DNA of 64,000 nt from Podarcis melisellensis (lineage: Eukaryota), in NCBI GenBank assembly GCA_964234715.1, contig OZ174280.1; one strand, 5' to 3'. The notes beneath the pieces are model-generated. The model had not been told where the DNA came from. It saw only the letters and a list, made by a program, of their open reading frames with translations, and searched no databases. Shown one piece after another: positions 36,235 to 47,941 of the stretch (the first letter of the stretch is position 1; each line of letters begins with the position of its first letter). The translations under genes and the position numbers were made by a program.

Positions 36235-37099
36235 GTTAAATCTATTTTAGATTCAGTATTGGTCGCATGATCTTTTGATTTATTTTTTTAATCAGAAACT
36301 TCTAATTTCTGCTTAGTACTTTGCTCCAGAGGTTTAATCTCAGGAAGAAAAATATCTTTCCATTTTGCGAGAGACAAAGATGGAATATCCTCTGCCTGAT
36401 TGTTATTATCACCTCCTACAGCCAAATTATTTGTGGCTTCTGTGAGACATGGTATGGTGCTGCTCCTTCTTTTCTTTCCCCCCTCCCATGCTAATATGCA
36501 ATTAGTGCTAATTGTTTATTAGAATGGGAGGGAAAAGAAGATGAAGAAGCTGTATTGTACAAGATTATAGCAAAAATAATTCCAGTGATTACAAAATAAT
36601 TACACAACAAATAACTTACTTACATTGAACGGAGAACCAAACCTATTCCATAGGAAGTCAGTGGGAGCAGCATTAGGTGATTTGAGGCATAGTGTCATCA
36701 GGATGCTGTTGACATCCAGCTATACTTCCTTCTTGCTTCTGAAGAGGAGAGCCTGTGACTATTTTGAACCAGTGCCTGGATGCATTGGTGGTCTGGACAA
36801 GAGTAAGATAGAGACTGTGGGTGAGTGGTTCTCAGTTCTAGGAGTTGGGGAATTCATCGGTTCTTGAGAGGAGTGCACTCCTTCTGAAGGAACAGGCACA
36901 TACATGGGGGCCATTCTTAGATCCATCTTTGTCACTTGAGGCTCAGGTAACCTCTGTGGTGAGGAACAGCTGTTGCCAGCAGAGGTTGGTACACCAACAA
37001 CATCCTTTTCCTGGGCACTGAGATTCATGAATTGGTTACCTCACAATTGGACTACTGCGATGTGCTCTGTGTGGAGCTTTTCTTGGGAATGATCTAGAT

Positions 37100-37235
37100 C
37101 AGGCTTCCTCAACCTCGGCCCTCCAGATGTTTTGAGACTACAATTCCCACCATCCCTGACCACTGGTCCTGCTAGCTAGGGATCATGGGTCTTGTAGGCC
37201 AAAAACATCTGGAGGGCTGAGGTTGAGGAAGCCTG
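37100..37235. mobile_element. hAT-type hairpin MITE inserted in an old L2 fragment (~37020-37400)
   Basis: TIR CAGGCTTCCTCAACCTC/GAGGTTGAGGAAGCCTG; TSD ATCTAGAT/ATCTAGAA; left flank encodes L2-like LVTSQLDYC. Confidence 0.85.
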
Positions 37236-38708
37236 ATCTAGAATGCTGCATCATATTATACCTGTGCAGAAGGCACTGCTCTGGCTGCTGATCAGCTACG
37301 TTTGTTCCTGATCATGTTTAACATATAAAGACCTGAACAACCCAGGACCAGCTTCCTTGAAAAACCACGTGGCCCTGTATAGAGCTGTAGGACCACTTAG
37401 ATCACTTGGGATAATTCTGCCTGTGGCACTGCACCCTACAGAATACCATAGGGCAGAGAACAGAGACCCCTGCCTAACCTTGATCCCACCCTGACATGCC
37501 TGCAGTCTGCCCCCTTTTTGCCTTTACCACCATTGGAGCTCTGACATTGGTCGGGGTCAGGAGAACTCAATAACAGTGTGCAGGGGAAGGAGAGGAGTGG
37601 ATTGTTCTGTCTGGCAAGTGGACATGCTTGTGCTGTGACAGAACAATTCCTCTAGCTCCATGTTGAATTCCTCCCACCATCTTTAACAATGGAGTTTCAA
37701 ATTAAAAGTTTCTTTCCATTGTTCATGCAGAGAGCAGTTTTAAAAAGAAACAGGTTGAGGTTCCAATTCAAACATGAAGCTAGCAATAATAATCTGGAAT
37801 ACCTCTGGGCACAAGGTGTGCAAAACCTGTCACTTTACTTCTGTAGAGTTTTCCATTATGCTTTTCCATGAAAAGTCCGTAGAGTTTCTTTGATCTTGTT
37901 TTTCCAAATAACTGCTGATGACGTGGGGTTCCTGTCCCTCTGCTCCTGCAGTGGAAACACTTGCAACAAACTGATGTGAACTATGGCTGGCTGTATAACA
38001 ATTTCGATTTTATATTGCCTAGCTCTTTTTTCAGTTTTGTTTAGTTTCATATTTCTGTGCTGCTTTTCTGCTAAGATTATCAAAGTGGCGTATGGCACAA
38101 AACAAAGTGCACCAGAGTACAAATCAATTATATCAGTAAAACAGCGGCAGTGAAAATATGGTAAAAACAGCAGTACACAACTCCAGCAGCTTGCATTAAA
38201 AGTTTTTTAAATGCATTTAAATTTGGCTGGATTTTTTAAAAAGTCTTTTAAACTTTTAACACCAGGAGGGTTGTTGTGTAGACCATACAGCAGACGATTC
38301 TGTAGTTGCGCATGTGCAGTTGCGGATGGCAATGCGTGCGCAACTGTACATCAGAGTGCTCATTCCATTGAGACTATGCATCATGCTAGCAGATGCCCCT
38401 ACACTGAGAGGTATGTTCCTGCATGCAATGCAGCCCCTGCTTCTCCTCCACATCCGCCACCCAACTTGTACAAGGATTTGCACACCTAGTTGCCATTCCC
38501 CGCCCTCCGATGGAATGTAAATTTGACAATCTAACAAAAGCCAGGAGGAGATAATTGTCTGCACCAGCAAAACAACTGTATCTGTGTCAGGAGCTGAACC
38601 TGGCAGATTGCCACGGCATCCCTTCTTCCTGGGAAGCATGTGCCCTTGAATGGAAGAGCAGGGAGAAGAGTTGTTTCCCAGCATTATTTGAGGGAGGGCA
38701 TGCATGTT

Positions 38709-39048
38709 TGGCGCTCTGGGTTAAACCACAGAGCCTAGGACCTGCTGATCAGAAGGTCGGCGGTTTGAATCCCCGCAACGGGATGAGCTCCTGTTGCTTG
38801 GTCCCTGCTGCCAACCTAGCAGTTCGAAAGCACGTCAAGTGCAAGTAGATAAATAGGTACCACTTCGACAGGAAGGTAAACAGCGTTTCCGTGTGCTGCT
38901 CTGGTTTGCCAGAAACGGCTTAGTCATGCTGGCCACATGACCCGGAAGCTGTACGCCGGCTCCCTCGGCCAATAAGGCGAGATGAGCGCCGCAACCCCAG
39001 AGTCGGCCACGACTGGACCTAATGGTCAGGGGTCCCTTTACCTTTACT
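38709..39048 (+). mobile_element. Sauria SINE (Squam1), slightly 5'-truncated
   Basis: ggttaaaccacagagcc...gtagataaataggtacc...ctggccacatgacccggaag...(ACCTTT)n tail; 9-bp TSD ATGCATGTT (38700-08, 39049-57). Confidence 0.9.
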
Positions 39049-39350
39049 ATGCATGTTAACACACGTGTGCCTGCCTCACTGTGAAAGCGTATCAAAGGGA
39101 CTAGGATGAAAGAATGGAAGAGAGGAGCACCTGTTCCTCAGGGACATCTCATACATACAAGAGTCATTTCCTGATGTTAAATTTCTTGATGTTACATTAC
39201 GTAGGGCATACATGGGATGCATGGCACCTTACCTTAGGCTCTTACCTATCCACACGAAAGTGGTTATATTGCCCATAGTTGTGGAACTGTTTGCACAGCC
39301 AGCCTCATCATGACAGTGAAGGGCAGGTCTGGCCTCTGTAAAAAGGTAGC

Positions 39351-39719
39351 TACTGTATTTTTTGCACCATAACACTTACTTTTTTCCTCCTAGAACGTAA
39401 AGGGGAAATGTCTGTGCGTGTTATGGAGCGAATGCCTGCGGGTGGCGGGGGGATCTGCTGCAGTCGTGAGCAGAGGATCCATGGTTCCCCATCCTTCCCT
39501 CCTCTGTGGTTAGAAAGCATGGATCCACATGGATCCTCAGGATTTTTGCATTGGGCTACTCCAAACTCACTGTCAGATCACATGTCTGTGGCCACAGCAT
39601 GAACCACAAAAATCATATATCCACTATTTCGTTTAGAATATTTTTTTCCTTGTTTTCCTCCTCTAAAAACTATGTGCATGTTATGGTGTGGTGCGTGTTA
39701 TAAAGCAAAAAATATGGTA
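39351..39719. mobile_element. pogo/Tigger-like non-autonomous element
   Basis: TA|CTGTATTTTTTGC.C.ATAA ... TTATAAAGCAAAAAATATGG|TA imperfect TIR with TA ends. Confidence 0.65.
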
Positions 39720-40429
39720 CTTTCCCCAGGATTAGTCTAGCTTTGTGATAAAGTGCTGACCTGGGGAGCTGCCACACATCTTTTATTTGCTGCCAGGGGT
39801 TGTGGGGATCCCACCGCTCACTTTCCAGCACCTGATCACTTTAGAACTTTTCCAGACCTCTAGTTCAGGCTGGAAACAAGGGACACAGCAGTCACTGCCC
39901 AGTGTTTTCCTCTCCTATCATCAACATCTCTCTGTTAACAACACCCGGAAAGGAACCTCCAGGGGGAAGCCCAGCAAAGGTTTTATCATTGGTAAGCCTC
40001 ATTTCCCATTCTTTTTTCCATAGATAGGATGTTTCTTGGCAAAGGGCATTATGCACTTGGGTTATGCTGATGGTAACACAGAGCGTTCCCTCCTTTTTCG
40101 CGGCTTTGCCCAGTCCATAATCCCTGCAGCTCCATCCCTATTGTTAGCCAAGCACAAAAGAGCCAGCCAGCCAGCCAAGGCCTCTTTGTCCCTGGACAAG
40201 GGTTAGTTGGAGCTCCCCGATTTGCTCTGCATACTTGTCACACTACTGTGATGGGGGACGGGGATGCGGGGGGAGCTGCCAAGTGCTGACAGCCTATAAT
40301 GAAATCAGCCCACAAGAGCAACACAGAGTATAGTCACCAGGGAGGGGAAGGCCTGCCGTGCTCAGGCGAGAAGCCAATTTTGCGGCCCTGATAAGGAGCA
40401 GTGGCCAATGGCCCTATCATTTAAGGGAA

Positions 40430-40908
40430 AAGAGGCGGCGTGGTAGAAATTTATAAAATTATTCATGGCATAGAGAATGTGGATAGAGAAGAAAGTTTTT
40501 TTCCTTCTCTCATAACATTAGAACTCATGGAAATCCTATGAAACTGAATGTCAGAAGATTCAGGACAGATAAGAGAAAGTGTTTCGTCACACAGTTAATG
40601 TATGGAACTTGCTCTCCCAGGAGGTAGTGATGTCCCCAACTTTGATAGCTTCAAAAGAGAATTGGGCAAATTCATGGAAGACAGGGCTGTCAATGGCTGC
40701 TAGCCATGGTGGCCATGCTCTGCCTCACACAGATGGCTGCAGAAATGCTTCCGAATACCAGAGGCTGGAAACCGCAGGAGGGGAGAGGGCTTGTGATTGA
40801 ATCCTGCTTGCGGATTCCCACAGGCATCTAGTCTTGTCACTGTGAGAACAGGATGCTGGACTAGGTGGGCCATTGGTCTGATCCAGCAGGCTATTCTTGT
40901 GTTCTTAT
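40430..40908 (+). mobile_element. CR1 LINE 3' fragment (ORF2 end + 3'UTR)
   Basis: Degenerate VEIYKIIHGIENVDRE..., 'RFRTDKRK' motif and 3' end ctgatccagcaggctattcttgtgttctta. Confidence 0.8.
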
Positions 40909-41255
40909 TCCCCACCTAGTTTCTTGACTTGCACCGAATTCAGTTATGTTCAAATATCGATTATTGGCAAGATGGAGGTAAGCACATGAAAAGATGCTTG
41001 CTGGGTTGGGCCTGCTCCCACAGTGGCCCCTCTTTCCTCACAGCTGCTGCCGCAGGAGCATCTGAAGTGCCGCCATCTTGCCCTAGTTGAAGTGAGAAGA
41101 AACTGTGGCAGCTTTTTCTAAACAAACAAATTGTCTTTTCTGTACTGTAGTAACTTAAAAAAAACAACCCCACGATTATGCCTTTTGCTGTAATAACCTT
41201 ATGTAAACTGCTTTGTGAGGTCTGCCTGAAAAATGGTGTACAGAAAAAAGGCACC

Positions 41256-41258
41256 AAA

Positions 41259-41289
<31 letters not shown>

Positions 41290-41291
41290 AT
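41256..41291. repeat. (AAAT)n microsatellite
   Basis: Visible run, probably a LINE tail remnant. Confidence 0.95.
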
Positions 41292-42724
41292 CTAGGTAAG
41301 GTAAGGTTTGTTGAATGTGTGAATCACTTCCTACAACAAAAAGTCCCGGAGCAATTTCAAGAACAAAACTAAAATACAGCAATAAAAATACACAAAAACA
41401 TTGAGTAACAACATCTAATTATTGGTGCTGCCCAAATGCCCTGGCAAACATCCATTTCTTGCTGCCTTTCCTCCTAGGGGAGCTGCTCCATCATTTTAGT
41501 TGCCCCTTTCTGACCCTTTTCCAGGAAGCACCAGAGTTCCCAAAATATGAGGGAAGATGACACAATTTCCCTTTAGCAGTTTGGCCGCAGAAAGAGGATG
41601 GAGCTGTATGGCACCTACAAATGGGACCAGGCTTGTTTATCAAGACCTTTTAATTCCCCTATTCCATTTTTCCATCGCTCTCCATTCCTGACCTGAAGAC
41701 ATGAAGCTATACAGCACAGTACCAGCAACTGCATTACTTTTGCTCCACCAGGAAGGTTGGCAGGAAGCCAGAAGGAAAGGAAGCTCTGGCTGCAGAGAAT
41801 CAGTATGTCAGGTTGTAGTCCTTCTGTTAAAGGAACACAGGACTGAGCTTAGCTCTGCTGGGACAGAAAATAAATTTCTGAGTTGAGCGTGTGCTCAGAG
41901 GTGCCCTGTTCCTTAGTTCTGTGTTCCACCAGCCTTGTTTTGGTTGGTGGAACTCAGGTTCTGGGGGGGAGGGAACAAATTAGACCCTGCAAGTCCAAAG
42001 TCTGCCCACCCCTGCGCCACAACTTGTGAGTCTTGAATTTGTGTTTTGGGAGGCGTTGATGGAGTCCTTGTAATTATGTGCAGCCGCCCATCATCTGACA
42101 ACAGCAGCTATTTGAAATTCTACCCAGGCATCTTCCTGATGGGTCTATAGAGCCTGCATGGTGGAAGAACTGCTTTTGTATGCTCAGCCTCCACACTTAG
42201 CCCCTTGCTCTCGTCCCTGGCTGTGTTTACTCACAGAGCCACATGCAGCCAAAAGAAATGAATGGAGGGTTGAGGAGGGGGAAGGGTGCCAGGATGAATC
42301 ATGGTTGAGCCAGCCTACTTGGGCGCTCCTTTGTGTGAGGGAGCCGCACACCTAATCACAAAGGAATGCCTTTGTTAGGCTAGGCTTACTTGCTTGGGGA
42401 AATCATTGGCAACCTAGCAACACACAGCTCAGGGTCAGGGTGACTTCACACATGGCAGATTCCTTCACCAGGTATTCCATGTGCAAATCCCGCATGTCGC
42501 TTGTCACACGCAGGTCTGTTTACAGCAGCATGCACATATGCAGGAAGAGCTCCCAGCTGCTTGGTGCCAATGACCTGTCTGTGTGTGAGAGCATGCAGAG
42601 GATAAAAGTTTAGGGTCCCAGGATCCAGTTCCGCATGTCATATATACAGCTGTGCTGTGTGTGAGTCTGAAGGAATCAAAAGGTCTTTGCTTTCCTAAAC
42701 TCTCCCCCTCGCAATCCATAAAGA

Positions 42725-43150
42725 ATCTTGTGTTACCTTAAAGACTAACAGATTTATTAAGGCATATATGGGAACTTCATCAGATGCAGGATGTATTACT
42801 CTGAATTGACATGCATGGTTGCGGGTGAGGTGGTTGAGAATGCAAACAGTAAAGTCAGAAGGCAATGAAATACAAAAAGTACCAAGACAGTGATCATTAC
42901 ATGATTAACAGTGGCCATTGACAAAGCACTTGATGTTAGCACAGACACCCTACCACTGGCAAGTCAATAGTGTGATAAAAATCCATTGTCCTGATTCAGG
43001 CCATGACTGCTAACATTGAACTTCTTGATGAATTGTAATCCAGCAGTTTCACATTACAGTCTCCCTCTGAAGTTCAAATGTTCAAATATATACACACTAA
43101 GGTCAATTGCAGAGTGTCCTGGGAGGTTGAAAACTTCCCCCGCTAGGTTT
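42725..43150 (-). mobile_element. Penelope-like element 3' fragment (GIY-YIG endonuclease C-terminus)
   Basis: Minus strand FNLPGHSAIDL...NFRGRL*CETA...GLNQDNGFLSHY; terminal motif ccttaaagactaacagatttatt also at ~8280-8350, with related short fragments at ~3195-3285, ~5320-5400 and ~61480-61553. Confidence 0.75.
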
Positions 43151-43957
43151 TTTTTTGCAGTGTCTGATGTTAGCTTTGCATCCATTAATTTTAGAGAGAC
43201 TGGACTGTTAGTCCTATGTAGAATGCAGAAGGCCATCACAGGCTAGATGATGGCATATGCCAGGGGTGGAAGGACATCTGGCCTGTGTGCTAAACTTGGC
43301 TCGCCAGGGGTTCAGAGTTGACCCACAAGGCCGTTTACCCCAAACCACACCATATGCAGCTTCAGGTGTGGGGCAGATAGAAACGTGGCTGCCAGTGCAC
43401 AATTGGGAGCCTTGACTGTTCATTAGCAAGGGAAAGCAGGTCTTGCTTAGCTCTACTGTCCATCCACTGATGTGTGGTTGAGCTGAAGCCTTCTGGATTG
43501 GGTGTGTGTGGTGGAACCTGATGTCATTGTGGTATCAGGTGAATGACAGATAGGCAACCCCAACCACTTGCCAAATTCAGCCTGCAAGGCTAGATCCCGA
43601 TAAGGAACTGGCCTGCCGAGCCAAAAACATATCCTCCAAAATGTTGCGTCCCAAAACTGGGATGTGCATCTTCCCATCTGTGCATGAGATCACAGAGCCT
43701 AAAAGTTGTGCTGGGGGGTGGGGCTGTGCACCGGAAAAAAATGTGTTTGTGCTGCTGTACTTCTGTGGGGGGAAATTGGATGTCCAGTTTTTCTGGGACA
43801 CTGTGCAAAAAGATTCTCCACCCATGGCCTATAGATTCTGCCCAGACAGGAATTATATTTGTTGCTTTCCCGTCAATCACCTGAGCTCTGTCTACTGCCT
43901 TGTCTTGAGATGCTGGATCCTGGCTACAGGGGCTCACCATTCTCTTCTGTTGGGCAG

Positions 43958-44073
43958 GTTTGCCACTAAGGAACGGGATGGGCTGCTCCTCTACAACGGG
44001 CGCTTCAATGAGCGACATGATTTCGTCGCCCTGGAGATTGTCCAGGAGCAAGTTCAGCTGACTTTTTCAGCAG
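43958..44073 (+). CDS. CELSR2: CELSR2 exon 4 (laminin-G 1); 116 nt
   Basis: gcAG acceptor; FATKERDGLLLYNGRFNERHDFVALEIVQEQVQLTFSA; donor GTATGG. Confidence 0.96.
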
Positions 44074-44382
44074 GTATGGTTTCCTTCCAACCCCCTTGGC
44101 TTTTCTGCTTCTGCTCATCCCACCTTATGTCCTAGCAGTGTTGAAATTCCCTTGCCAGGCCTTGTTTCCCTAACCCATCAGCCTCTGCCTCTTACCCCAT
44201 TATCTCCAAACCTTCCTATCTCTTCCCCACCTTTGCTGCAGGATTTTACCTGCCCCAGTGCCGCCACTGTTAGCGTAGGTGCTCCTCCTTCAGAGCCCTT
44301 ATGGGAAATGGTGGCAAGGAGAGGCATTCTCTTCTCAAGAGTCTTTCCTCCCTCTCTGAGTTGTGTTTCATCTCTCCCTCAG

Positions 44383-44471
44383 GAGAGTCAACAAGCACGG
44401 TAGCCCCGTTCATCCCTGGGGGCGTGAGTGATGGGCAGTGGCACACCGTCCACCTCCACTACTACAACAAG
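44383..44471 (+). CDS. CELSR2: CELSR2 exon 5 (laminin-G 1); 89 nt
   Basis: ctccctcAG acceptor; ESTSTVAPFIPGGVSDGQWHTVHLHYYNK; donor GTAAGT. Confidence 0.96.
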
Positions 44472-44481
44472 GTAAGTCTCA

Positions 44482-44626
44482 CTGGATAGCTCAGTCGGTA
44501 GAGCATGAGACTCTTCATTTCAGGGTTGTGGGTTCGAGTGCCATGTTGGGCAAAAGATTCCTGCGTTTGCAGGGGGTTGAACTAGAGGACCCTCATAGTT
44601 CCTTCCAACTCTACAGTTCTATGATT
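44482..44626 (+). mobile_element. tRNA-Lys(CTT)-derived SINE with CR1-like tail
   Basis: tagctcagtcggtagagcatgagactctt...gggttcgag...gttgggc is near-identical to tRNA-Lys CTT; followed by ttgcagggggttgaactaga...ttccaactct...ttctatgatt. Confidence 0.85.
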
Positions 44627-47600
44627 ATAAGACTCTTTCATCCTGAACAGGCCTGCTGGTGCTGTGCCCAGCTCATCTCCCCCCCTCACTTTTAATTCAG
44701 GGTCATCTGCATACATGGCACTTTACAGAGAAGAGGGTTGACAGGTCCCTGCCCCAAGGCACTTACAACTAAACATGGGTGCACTGGAGGAAGCATGTGG
44801 CAGGCCATGGGATCATGAGCAGGCAGAGAGGAATATGTGATCATTTCAAGCCCGTGTACTTTGATTATTACAATAAGGAGCAGGGACCAGGCCAAGCATG
44901 GGGAGCCTTTGGCCCTCCACATGCTGCCAAACTTCAAAGCTTATCAGCCCTAGCAAGCGTAGCCAATGGCCAGGAATGATGGGAGCTACATCTGGAGGGC
45001 CAAAGGCTCCCCATGCCTGGACTAGGGAAATGATCCAACGGCTTCCTGAAAAAGGTGAGGTTTGAGGAGGGAGATGGTTTCATGGAGGCATTCCAAGAAG
45101 CAGTTCCAGGGACAACAAGGGGAAATGGACAGAGTCGTTTTAAGGTTCAGGGGACCTTTGGATGGTGACGGTGGTGGAGCTGATTAAGCAAAGGTCACAG
45201 GAAGGGATGTGCTGGGAAATAAGCACAGAGAGAGGATGGAGGGGCAGGGTCTCTGGGTACCAGAAGCTTGTGAGGGATCTGAGAGTAGGCAGGAAGCCAA
45301 GGTAGGGAGTTAAAGATGGAAGTGGAAGTCACATGGTCAGAGCAGCAACAGAAGTGAATATTTTTGGCAGCAGAGGTCTGGATGCATGTGAGTGGGAGAA
45401 GGTGAGACAATGGAACACAAGTGAGATGATTCCTAGTGTTGTGCCAAAAATGTCTTCTGCTTCTTTTTACTGTTTTTCAGCAATGAATCAGAAAATAAGT
45501 TGCATTTGAAAATTATCACAGGGGAGGGAAAATATCAGCAAAATATGCAGGGTTGATTTTTTTTACACTTCTTGTTTTCAAGGTGGCCCATGGATGTGTG
45601 TGAGTGCCCTTTTTTCATTCTACAAATCATCTCTTTGATGGGCTGCCCTCTGCAGCCTTCTTGGGTACCTATGCTTCCTGAAACCCCCATAATATCCTCA
45701 GCTGGACTTTCTAGCAGCCTCAGGAACATGGGGAAGCTGCCTGTTGATGACAGCTGTTCATCTTTTTCAAGTTTAAAGAAATTGGCATGGAATGTTTTTA
45801 AAAGCTAACTGGAGGAACTTCCCTTAACAACAAAACAAGCAAATATGTCAGTCTCAGGCTCTTGGTGGTTAGCCTCCCCAGCTCAGGGGAAGCAGTGACT
45901 TATCCTTCAGGGCCTTTTCAGATCAGAAAGTGAAGGCAGCCCGAGAGGCTGGGAAATGCTGGAAAAATGTTTAATGGAGCTAAAACAGGTTTGCACTGAA
46001 GGGACAGACAGCCGGGTCTGTATTTTTGCAATATTGTATAGGGAGAAGTGACATGCAGTGGAGGCTGATCTATTAGGTCAAATGGGGCGCTTCAGTAATA
46101 ACCTAATTCTGGCCTCCACCAGCCTGCTTTATATCTTACAGCCAGTCCAGGATGTGCCACTGCCTGTCCCCTTCCTCCTCCTTAATCCCACTATTGCTCT
46201 TTTAAAACTCAGCAGGGGATAAAACCAGAATTAGATGCCTCTGGCTCCCCCTACTGTTGGCCTCCTTGCCATCTGCCCTACCAGGCCTGACTGATGATGT
46301 GACTTAGCAATGGATTTAATTTGTCCTGAACAACAGGGCAGATGGTGACATTGTCAGCACCAGCCCATGACAGCCTGTAGAGGATTCCTGCCAGCTTTCC
46401 CCACTGGCACCCCATGTCTAGAGAGATGGGCAATTTCTGCCCTTCCCTGCTTTATAGGGTGAGGGTGGCTTCTGGGGCCATGAAATATTCAAAGACCAGC
46501 AGGAGCTTTTGGTAACAGGGTTGCTGCCACCAATTCCTGGGCTCCTTTGGGCTCGAGAAGATCCCCGCCATTAGCATTCATAGTGCCCTCAGTGCAGGGA
46601 CTTTTGTGCGGGGTGGGGAGGAGGACAGAGGGTTGGTGGTCCCAGCATGATGAAGTCCCTAAAAGCTAGTCTCTAATGAGGAGGCTGCTGACAGGGGGCA
46701 GGAGGAAGTGAGCAGCTGGCGCAATTGTCGCAAAGCAGCTGCTTGCTTCAGTTAATAAGCTGGGGGCAGCCCAGGGGACTGGAACGACGCAGGGGTCAGG
46801 AGTTGCTGTCTCACTGATTTGGAGGTGGGGAACAAGGCAGTGGCCAGAAATTGCCATGCAACCTCTCACGAGAAGCCCTTCCCTGCCGTGCCCACTTGAT
46901 ATAAGGAATCACTTCATAGGCACTAAAGTGCAGTACTGCTGGGTCTGTCATTATCTCCTGGACAGAGAAACTTAACCAAAGTTGTACATAGAAGGATGGT
47001 GAGCTGAGGTCTCAGCTTCCTGGGACTCAAACAGGACCCCAGTCTAGGTCTTCCCTGAGAACTCTGACAGGCCAATCAGACCTTGAGTGGGTTATCTGGT
47101 TACCACATGATTAAAATTTTGGGTACTAGTGTCCTTCTTTGAGGTATGCAGTAATGACCACACAAGGCTGTCCTGCACAGGAACTGGATGTACACACAAG
47201 GGAATCAGATAACCAGAGCTTAACACATTTAGCACCAGCACCGTGTTACACTCGGAGGTGGGGAACCACAGGAATGCAAGCCAAATTTGGCCTGGCTCAG
47301 GTGCCTCGTACCTACCACACCCACTGGCCCCACGCCTGACAACCTTGTGACAAAATGTGGAGCATGTAGAGATGCAGCTGGGTTGGCCTGTGAGGAACTT
47401 GATTATGCAGCCGATTTCCTCAGAATGCCAGTTTGAAGTCACTGCCCAGCTGCTGAAGGATGGTGAGTTCAGGCCTACTGGTCTGGTGACACAGTTGAGT
47501 TGCCTATCGAGAACCCTGTCGTGCAGCCAGTCCCTGCAGAAATCAGCTTTACCAGCCTTGTCCTCAATGCTTTGCAGAGCACAGGACTGGCAAAGCCCCC

Positions 47601-47889
47601 CACACTACAGTTCCCATGAGCTATAGTTCCCATGAGCTACAGTTCCCAAGCACTTGGCACCCAGGGCTTGGAAAGCACTGCGCTGGAGACTTTGACAGGT
47701 GGGCAGGACAACCCATCTGCCAATCACTCACCGTGGGGTGAGGACAGATAAGGATCTGGCCCGCTGGGCCCAAAGGGTTCTCCACCCCTGCATTAGACAG
47801 ATGATAAATGTGAGGCTGCACAATTAGTCTCCTGTTCCTTCAAGTTGCCAACTCCTTCCCCCCACTAATTAGAGGGAGTTAATGAGTGG

Positions 47890-47891
<2 letters not shown>

Positions 47892-47934
<43 letters not shown>
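47892..47934. repeat. (GA)n microsatellite
   Basis: Visible run. Confidence 0.95.

Positions 47935-47941
<7 letters not shown>

Noticed and set aside
44482-44553. tRNA-Lys(CTT) gene
   Set aside because: Stems are mutated, there is no Pol III T-run terminator, it is fused to a CR1-like tail and it occurs in several copies: a SINE head.
47603-47650. CRISPR-like direct repeats (ctacagttcccatgag x~3)
   Set aside because: Head-to-tail repeats without spacers in vertebrate DNA; part of a repeat element.
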